DNA of 64,000 bases, taken from positions 1,984,001 through 2,048,000 of the forward strand of contig CAKKNE010000006.1 of the NCBI GenBank assembly GCA_918797485.1, in the 5' to 3' direction. The notes under the pieces are model-generated. The model was not told the DNA's origin. It was given only the letters and a program-made list of their open reading frames with translations, and ran no database searches. This document shows, one piece after another, positions 62,501 to 64,000 of the stretch. This stretch comes from Pelagomonas calceolata. Taxonomy: Eukaryota. Position 1 is the stretch's first letter, and each line of letters starts with the position of its first letter. A program made the translations under genes and the position numbers.

Positions 62501-64000
62501 GCGTGCGGTTCGAGCGGCCGGTGAACGCCACAGGAGTCTCTTATCTATTGTTGCATCTCGATTCCGCGTTAGACGAGCCCGCCAAGGCGACGTTGGATCA
62601 ATCCAAGCCGTATGAGTTAAGTGAGGTACTATGGTACGTCTACATCGTCCGAGCCGGCGACGCCACCGACTCGCTGACCTATGTCGCCGCTGACAGTTTG
62701 GACGCGACGGAGGGCGCCATCGTTTCGATAGGAGGCGGCTGCCCGGTCACGATGGAGTACTGCCCCGTCGACACCGGTTTGGCCGGCGTGGCCGCGCCTA
62801 CGACGCTCCCGCACCCCGGCATGCCCGGTTCGTTGTCAGTGACCTCTCAGGTCATCATAAACACGGATCCGACGGAGGCCGTCGCCGTGTCGTTGGCCGA
62901 AGGTTTGAGGAGATCTAGTTACGTGTACGCGCCGGGCGCTTCTGTTCCAATCACGCTCACGACGTCGAACCCCGTACGAAGGGACATGGCGGCCAAGATG
63001 TACGGCGGCTTCATCGACGTGGGCGGCTTCACCGATCATATCGAAAGGCGCGCTTCGTTCTCCGAGGGAGAGACGACTCAAGTTTTATCATTCGATCTGT
63101 CAATCCCACACGGCTGCTCGTCCCAACTCCTGAAGCACGCCGGGGCCGAGGGCGCCCTCCATCTCGGCGGAGGCGCCTTCCTGGCGGACGGCGCGTCGAA
63201 CCTCGCGACGGTGCGCGCGGAAGCGCGGCTGCCGTGCCCGAGCGCGCTGGACTCTTTGGCGTCGCAGAACGCGTCCGTCGACGCCACGCCGCCGCGCGTC
63301 GTGTCCGTACGAGCCGCGTCGTCGTCCTCCTCGTCCGACGCGCAAGTTTTGGCGAGGAACGCCTCCGCTTATCTGGTGGTCGAGTTCGATCGGCCTGTCG
63401 TGGTGTTCGACCGGTTACCGTCATCAGACTCAAAACCCATCTGCGAGACCTGCGACCAGAGCGGGGCGTACGTCGTGGCGGGCACGGCGTCGCCCGACGT
63501 CCTAAGAAATCCGGGGCGGCAGGGGTACTGGTACCCGCTCTACCTCGACAAAGACGCCGCTATCAAAGAGTTCGGCGCGCGTATCATCGAGATCACGTTC
63601 ATCCAGATCCCCCAGGTCGTGTTTTATGGACCGGCCGAGAACCCCGAGGCGAGACGAAGGTTAATGTGCGCGCCGGAGTTTGGGTGGTGCAATAACCCGC
63701 TGACGCCGCGGGTCGAGATGCTGAGCGCAGGGCTGTATAACTGGACGGAAGAGGTGGTGGTAGAGGAAGAAGATAATTACACATACTACGAGGGCGGCGC
63801 GTACCCCGGCCAGGTTCTCGTAAAAGACTATCCGCTCTTTGCCGACCTCATTGATGCGTCTGAACGCTCTAGAGATATGGTCGACGACGGCCTGCCGGCG
63901 CTACGCATGGACCTGAGACAGGGCAAGGCCGAGGCGAGGTACGCGGGCGGCTCTGGAACGCATATCATCTCCATGGTGTATGCAGTAGCCCCTGCGGACG
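41533..64000 (+). CDS. Giant secreted repeat protein (at least 7,489 aa, 3'-truncated by window end) with beta-rich Ig-like repeats and a YHYH-like domain
   Basis: First ATG after TAA 41278-41280 gives signal peptide MFLWLLLLRAAIA-QKVV. No stop was found in the segments I translated. The ORF track lists no terminated frame +1 ORF after 41533, which implies the frame is open to the end. Recurring repeat motifs and many NxS/T sequons. Confidence 0.92.
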   Translation, partial: MFLWLLLLRAAIAQKVVPIPRAQTLQVAGPIDEPTSIELRSALEIPDEGEAQLPIIVEPRAVSIQGDGAPRITRVGTDAPDGIYSSGQNITVTLSFTSPVEIVGDPDALKLELDTGCNDNACAIREEQSFTCKADYGEFALTLYDSIKANVSSTFSETRGPSDPKMWAPSGTARNVGALDDQELVKQKLETIDGIENVTVFFGDEDDRDYSGGRRACTSKGNLIVITFERCSYADQFDGDVPELRLDATNAVLDPRTMLPVGDGVYLTGRTAGSTVFVDPVATELTKGVRRRNGLANYIGGNGTDTLTFVYDVMPGDAANPLEAVQLLDINGDSVVVRAAAYPYALIDASLPPARTAARYSSGTANALGASNDVIVDVRSPLVVDVTSPEVDGEYGVGAVLRIWVTFDRQLAVGGEPRLVMATGASNSYALFTQVLGGGYTAEFEYTVGEGDANQDLDYFATNSLSVASPGYIVRKARDVTVSAVAVLTLPEPGKPGSLAHNKNIMVDTSIPYVLDVSLAGEVASRDVAAGDVLDIQVYFSRAVAIRGRPRLLLRTGRSPVFRGVVETPVGENGVVAAAPRASAAAAIQIAFTLSIPAVVGDTLRIALPGFSGNAAENCSSVDGTDAWVAGFSGAGRDAELLLIAARASPARTAFDVRVLSRCSYLTPSAGLRSGADAGIFVRGTFASGIMKRHRVDNAGGVALSDASVTYAPLIAGEPTQLSLTFTSLAAIARNETIDLVFSDSLFIPNYTLPKSVDRKFSWVAKNTTEQALEADSADFRAAWVPDRVVPRLRFRAARLLDAGTYTVGLTSSKVLELPAGGLHADDARITLASDARALGALSGFVPTSPAVGAFGSTSLTITSEDGGRTHGGGRCRISLKFALGPGHASAGDVITLALDVAGPDDEAYIGEPLISEGFSVSIVENAIRLTVLNDNDIGGGAGRIVTVSNLVLAPGGVAQDSSSITLTSSSAHVPTTAIPVLKTTAVAGISDVAWTCLPEPCSLDVPSEWTLTLSYGSTGTISRNSTLSIGVPFFRSLNASKNVTLYRDVDAVSLPYKDHFVTTDLGRPHVLRLAAATVDGADFNFNCTLYGSSTREARIDFVPLRDLPSPGALVLTIPRKSGLTAPRRGLRPSDLLEVSGNAPGFEFGDAVPATPCAGLCATSYTWSATRGNETLTATLTFTYVGAVEKGDALRVTLPGFKREAELVVKLGDSSTLVQVQSWSSDDVLTLVFTAAVSLTDAGTTLQLIGFRGPTRGIVQNQRNFTLQYNISAITADWSEARAVETVPPMEKAAVVTNLRMASLNASSTKQYLGFRYGRPLSSGEAVTVVFSGGFTGKPFIGENTTEITRQGGPDPYSFRVASWDQATETLVLRCNQDIPAEEDVYVNITNLNAPSTGVLPRLRQGITLSTDEDFGTLAFRGVKVGRPILVASQAAVTWVEDELGRQEARRDVGRPGERVVADLSVRLDGADLRHGDTMAWYLPRLHVPDCWADVCGLYVNATSARVNVTANYDLTTEIVTLNILGNITAGAHRTFRVGRVAVDRNLTDTIIPGVRNRTLALPSDGWPSSRAAHVTISSGDDSWDTIDQLPVTVPCAGLCASALSFEEPRAGAPTSVAIQWSTSFAPNSGDSFRVSFNGGADADCGVLMNEGDCIRRLRAGGGRSKTPLQIGGVDGRSFAGTWIANTSSVQLMTTDYGIASSKRSFSIIVEYGSYLALPVAGIPQNDASISLGYNSSRAGSTPSSYLPFRGVGTVPSSSSPRSDCALPCFTFLSRDVSPGSVTVIRVIFAYGDALAEGDLLNVSLPDFFRLGFWKSGAFSVSHGHAGTWDATSHIVSVTLGEAFAARKPIEFNITGLHLPTSPLLENDERLRVSVDGAATAHTSVSAASSPPVGVLESSSLHWVKPRVATTVGSGLNVTIRASCALVANDRLIVELPGFSASGSSIPLDDDIWGSSAAWDSQRLTFTLQQDQVYGDLTASIKEDALLKPSSVAFASAEFRMRIEARDCPTGWSHAKSPGVGLADARVAAFSAPFVRAGEEADVVLRFDAAEAPLVNGDSVTFKLPAFTNTTEVSIHRDDPARRRLSDDTCALDGSDYDYQERIDTKARYVSTSHCPNHVLGEGTSVNKLPATYAFPLYPKYDPNNPTDLSERAGAIGTLFNGAMLLSGYGGSTPAVSYQTSAPYLYGDTFDACGCTVREQTLVEDLHPETMLPTYGCHGPPTCLLRQLDAQTYAHSPQVGWAADGFPVYGPRGEHGTLMKACGSTIDGPCLDACGGYYGPSSQDEYVYRYHTTGEAHEANTEAQCAAPNTYGSEFYPFTPACLAGCVPDELITSSCPDCASSGYVQTCSSNAVDGFTSLFTPNATRFGASKKLSTDTSYCSTGTGVVLDDPSLKVKWNAPYLKLTIDEAFPTASHVLATVRGLTLPEDGIDGPYAGVTVSVNTAATGPLSETAVESVPVIAALHHSSLDLAEPFAGVATRLKLQMNFSVDVPKGSRLQLTLPAFSIDSATSESDILDYEGSTGDVHTFGFGMAVDKRTLVELSVNGTVPVEGVDGLGDHGCMLTMSAVGLDATPIQHVESAPGLVGSVSISFGSLDFGFARIERGDGLKVRFPPSTYGDADGLTNADAGTQYRVGGALMTVASIQGDVITFAPPHDFNETSVVVATKYDEYGLAREAGLVDVTTPGFRPAYYYAGDRTSALIFRYRVRRGDFSDDLDYLALNSLGCPGPARQWALTQGDGEECYIRRDSPRPTGAVNLELRAPGEVGSLAYNARIKVDTTPANVTNMSTAAALACHWPAYFASEGYASTAAACVYGKGHLLDITVAFDRPVSADVAGAVAQYNRSIAQGNITVTRNYAVFAPAYLAANVELDITTSTTRPATAFYASGSGTKDLHFVYDIREGDSNEGDLDTVPTVDGRRALQPGFGGIVGYLRSSSASPETDINYDSVPEPGAYNSLSASPGQARVIVDANAAIITAIEAPSRTYSPGDNLDIKVTWSEKIVPPKNCSGSHFMLWLDLANDRLAAELGAPKYVPYGAQALPHNGSATRSLMFRYVVRVGDESERLETACVPCASAVVETAALWANASCNPLTLSTNRPASLILPLRTDDGTLGKSSNVVVTSAMPKILKVDADASDVQTAPLAAGDMLRVFVRYDAAVVVAGDVAFAATRPYLDEAPRLELTIGDGQDSPFRGHDRAHRLISARYAAGSGTSIIRFDCVVRAPLGTVRADYDTSFSLKGSMWRLSDRPVLEANTTLPARGGPMSLGGFGVGLFALSVNTRRPEALKASLSRQTGVHSHRRQTLDLIILRRWAAPDTPPSITGGSFRVALGSVLETDPCIEASNASAATIQAALGATHGHLAPRVSEQPVRRGDGWRRRFIVETGAGGHALLETDICVELRCSDIKGGLKRKDADQTNETCAVVEANADGAFIGGSSVDVDVDYAGYPLTGRGGLAGALSDGGYMTRSAGSLFQTIDVGVDASTQMTGGAFQLLYGSARTGCIQYDAGDGGTRSVRNQLNQLAEVRAIGGVRKVLTYARANGYRFVVEFAAAHCSPLKLRPAVDRVGEECDLLDPPDAQVVIDAEEVITLKRDAQPGSSFVLKVVNGSIAANETLSISIPRVATPVYGVGVSGATSLRPRVWSARSPYARLRTGASRSDRAVNWTSDTPDASPVVPAYVALKPALLAFVGAAVRFEPALPGAATSIDVSFAPSEQLLPGDVITLRLHPRAGAYGGMCRGCILGNATDGFGFVSASVEKGSMIVNATVARTVAALTYVRFVLDANNSLTLPATAVYSVDDSGGWLRRDERMPKFRNASFDAATLEFDGRGIRADAQPVETLKGSGLAWASLSFSGGAATPGAPTGIDVSFGVAAPIQLVESRNRTLPRRRVSVDAKIEWRYRPPMHIYGEVRLVLPGFLDPRERADILRSGSDDSRDLILSGRDAAYFIGRWGGLRERDWEWETTDQTSENNATLNGTLSLYALAPLVPRPQGYLVTVDGLAAPVDITAASRKQFEASLLDANEDVLVASTPLADGGPRMNALESAQLVLDPSDAVGVVVALNLSFSFVRTVAPGGRVRLFLPNVQACSSQDPAPLVSSDGIWSLDEIRSDDEGSTLLFAPAVEATTASGLEVGRSAGLRVIRELGIPEDGPKLSMIDIEYGAPLAPTCLGGACAPLKLRKNKRSLFVGIGALNASLAYTRPCCAFDRDAAPPAPGSDARVELNFTYSSPLVEGDVLEARLGGFAALNSTVTIEEHYFGEDEDSCEFQLGFNETAGWANSTLTLLVTRGCAASQPGGISIRGLTMPTSSLRFDEPFITLACPRCKTARARPAPIKTPGYGVAFAQAFVTALDGGRAKAGDTARVVLTAAFSEDGLAGDYIEFSGLDGPGSDGGLVADVAPSTVTLHWYASRKMVRMTLNGRVAKKAPIEAVIETDLKVPATGLALRANLEDSVWSPGGVSEWLADPVKVHAALNQKIGAIQDDYGYDIGNVALDNVEHNPTADTTPVGALLNGTLDFGADAKAGAPSDIDILLQFVAPLVEHDVITIDFGSASSTGVSTTEVLGADADKVAASIAGPLATFTVLQSVKAGAFIRLTIPATAGLGPPSTGIEDDDVGAHVSVEAAHGAVAATLLTVRRPVCALSTGSLEIEGATAPEPGTLRDILLDLKLTRAASSGSRIEVRLPNYANHTATYAEMDDGNVTLDRILNGNHTDSYLRMYIRPFVPLSTIKVALYQVKLPSGSSYLDQQDFVLRIDDVNSEGCALREFVPLSSVEPIGLSSSALSYDDDARVGEVSAFELKWAYGQAFFGGKIKWRLPGWTLDGRNNRTGTARVFAGRATALANVSFDVDDQVLYLAKLPRARKAQTEFVLKMPARFGLKPPRSGDGAGPSVSYQIRDKSAAFTPVQRMAVRLPAVHFAQLAFHAPRPVVGDASGFTLTWNTSTESANNGFILKDGIVLLSLPGWLPRGAAAAALASRARAPLSIGGLDGANFSAVLTGAAALELTAKTNLRQLNYEIIVPSDVVAPAYGLSSYNDVALHLAPRGAASTNERDWVASVDVHFPTPVCSLVDAVNASVWIGRGAVDTVMERFDLADTFKNRAFARTPAAADVRASSLAYDATSFRIRRPTGADTSISKDLPLNVYVQFRLSEDLAPGDEVEVWLPRFRLSNPDQLMPWVPIDRGLPVDTRWQAQFVSVASSSLSAARPREGEFGVVLRLNATEGLPRDGFAAVAVATALEGGVDLLPPEDRLRPYRAEGLDDRVTLSSTSPNCPLPPTVLRGAPRFGLQGASVDIYGYSGGARDASIGIPGEPANALLDTAPSLDTSVELALTFDSSCDLTEGDAITFSLPAFRGADVADEAKVDYAGADAAKPRLPSATFDFAFTGGGTDQAKVVLTASSHAAAGPRTLTLGASYGLRPPPQGLPRGPVGLTATISSNCTGGALNPVPLDAAPSYGTFSNASLAFEPSTANALATMVLEVAPTSSLEPGDSLNVWVPGFSFTAPLGGSLDDVAFASSSSAELRVQYVEGSFGSVELGALKVADGGYLRRDSDDPETPAGLESMRAKVNEALASSQLYEETPPQILDVRAALYAAPGGGDDQSALRGTSICAGELIPIFVVFDKDVSVYASSRTSPPYALELDVGNGRTVLAPLSTGVHGWSTTKNLGSRYLRFDYVVGEGDYSKDLAPIHTQALVRDPLQPTAAIRRAVGEEVEVPGLPGLYYMPDAFRTPVNANLSLPILGRLARDAADDAAFGRRPLHVDGRFDVSVVSVATAKNMSTAEWPVFGAGEILDIDITFDRDVEVNGVPTLNIQGGGVAYYTRGGSVQIVDVGVRAVPAIQSGAWELTYGPLTAGCLDWDATAKDVQNALAKIGVFVSNNYDPDNAPAVLRSIESYSLGGGRRTVFHFHPDAAAAAIEVATRPFCLPLSPNSPGATAARAPSPVATFRYQTRKADALRYLAIKSEDALELHGVYVKDEYVPDEILARTTYSRRPASLVLPEATWDLEVSKIAVNGSEASVIDLSTDATHPLEAGDEAHVIVIFDAPVFVDEDAFDTLKLSVMVDSAFGVSLPEFVTRVCSYRKGNGTASLYFNFSAVEGDSAVAVRAEADALVTTGWVRRRALPVATQSVDLRVPSYKGWREILSVDGTKPAKVMTVYSVDPIEALYEPVMLGSGDLLVIAVRFNKKVKFGRADGSPVEPTEERFGDKSDWLHLTLRTGRMLNGTTWVNGTYNENGTKAQPYAWLHEYDGNGTNTLYFKYIVQPADNWNDGYLNYAGMHSLELGEGVILDTDAVSGYGEANIELCPACASSKALNVSSMLIIDTVSTPRIIDAYGSTALIDPLIEDDSEALKNASERAEFYRRAAIDGLRGPVRAYDKKWKELNYEPVTYTVGDVVRLEVDFTAGVSWLAEESPPPRLYIDGLVGRYRELQDLFPDDYTFAKYVSGNGTRFLRFEWEVPDENPLVHAPLPSTGVGRLGYRGVRALVDSNVKLRRAAFGDAFLGTPLIRNPELGLLSMYLPPSEKSPLEHYYEIRIDGAKPKIIDVKLSKHSSMVRDAGLAVGVSAFTTGDTIDITVVFSAAVVVEGVPTLLLNARGGEPRSTDEDPPYAYYLSGSGTNELTYRYTVIRGDDVNALSHATTQHECFAGLVREQEGLPLTSGLNDTERLSLAMTVRWPHGITCPRTLIPGLEQPVLSILRKAETPTISADLTLPMPGYHVFAYDNNQIEAVTSLEASEVALSATSLEGDLVSVDTAAPVVLHVTSPNKDDVYGDKALITLYVTFSAPVVITGHKVVGELQLALTTGTGPAYYVRGNGTAVLEFEYNVEYGDTTTGSLDYAADTEKLKALTFYETGIPETQEAKANENVACNLRGRQCEFVAQGGTIGDSGPDGGTSHSLYINQTESLIITQKVVPIYPSGVYRRLLAGADVGEARASGVLAELNLPAPGPRKTVADYGSLVGQGRQIIISAVSLKVLEVFAANGTYGVGSQIHIGVRFERPVNATGVSYLLLHLDSALDEPAKATLDQSKPYELSEVLWYVYIVRAGDATDSLTYVAADSLDATEGAIVSIGGGCPVTMEYCPVDTGLAGVAAPTTLPHPGMPGSLSVTSQVIINTDPTEAVAVSLAEGLRRSSYVYAPGASVPITLTTSNPVRRDMAAKMYGGFIDVGGFTDHIERRASFSEGETTQVLSFDLSIPHGCSSQLLKHAGAEGALHLGGGAFLADGASNLATVRAEARLPCPSALDSLASQNASVDATPPRVVSVRAASSSSSSDAQVLARNASAYLVVEFDRPVVVFDRLPSSDSKPICETCDQSGAYVVAGTASPDVLRNPGRQGYWYPLYLDKDAAIKEFGARIIEITFIQIPQVVFYGPAENPEARRRLMCAPEFGWCNNPLTPRVEMLSAGLYNWTEEVVVEEEDNYTYYEGGAYPGQVLVKDYPLFADLIDASERSRDMVDDGLPALRMDLRQGKAEARYAGGSGTHIISMVYAVAPAD

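Noticed and set aside
41541..63784. Dozens of short ORFs on both strands, suggesting a gene-poor or non-coding region
   Set aside because: They are shadow frames of the single giant frame +1 ORF.

Overview
GC-rich, gene-dense, intron-poor eukaryotic DNA. Bipartite plastid-targeting leaders, a GC-AG intron and a MYND/RING-v/TPR gene point to a photosynthetic stramenopile, most likely a pelagophyte (inference). Bases 1-41200 carry about 20 tightly packed genes: GDT1/TMEM165, a signal-peptide CDC48, STT3 with an ankyrin tail, methionine synthase, glutaredoxin, a RING+Pex14N-like+PHD-type prolyl hydroxylase, GalT-like, YjbQ, DnaJ, SPRY, C1D, SMP+EF-hand, LOTUS, a CTP-dependent lipid kinase, coiled-coil proteins, a virus-like HNH nuclease, GT90 and a cyclophilin. 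Highlights: (1) An intronless + strand ORF missing from the supplied track starts at 41533 and runs off the window end (at least 7,489 codons). It encodes a secreted giant repeat protein with domains nested inside other domains. (2) The two apparent MetH ORFs join through a 150-nt GC-AG intron into one ~2,120-aa methionine synthase with a tandem-duplicated homocysteine+folate module whose 1.87-kb cores look identical. (3) A CTAG-bounded ~21-bp motif recurs in upstream intergenic regions. All domain calls are by-eye motif recognition; no searches were run.
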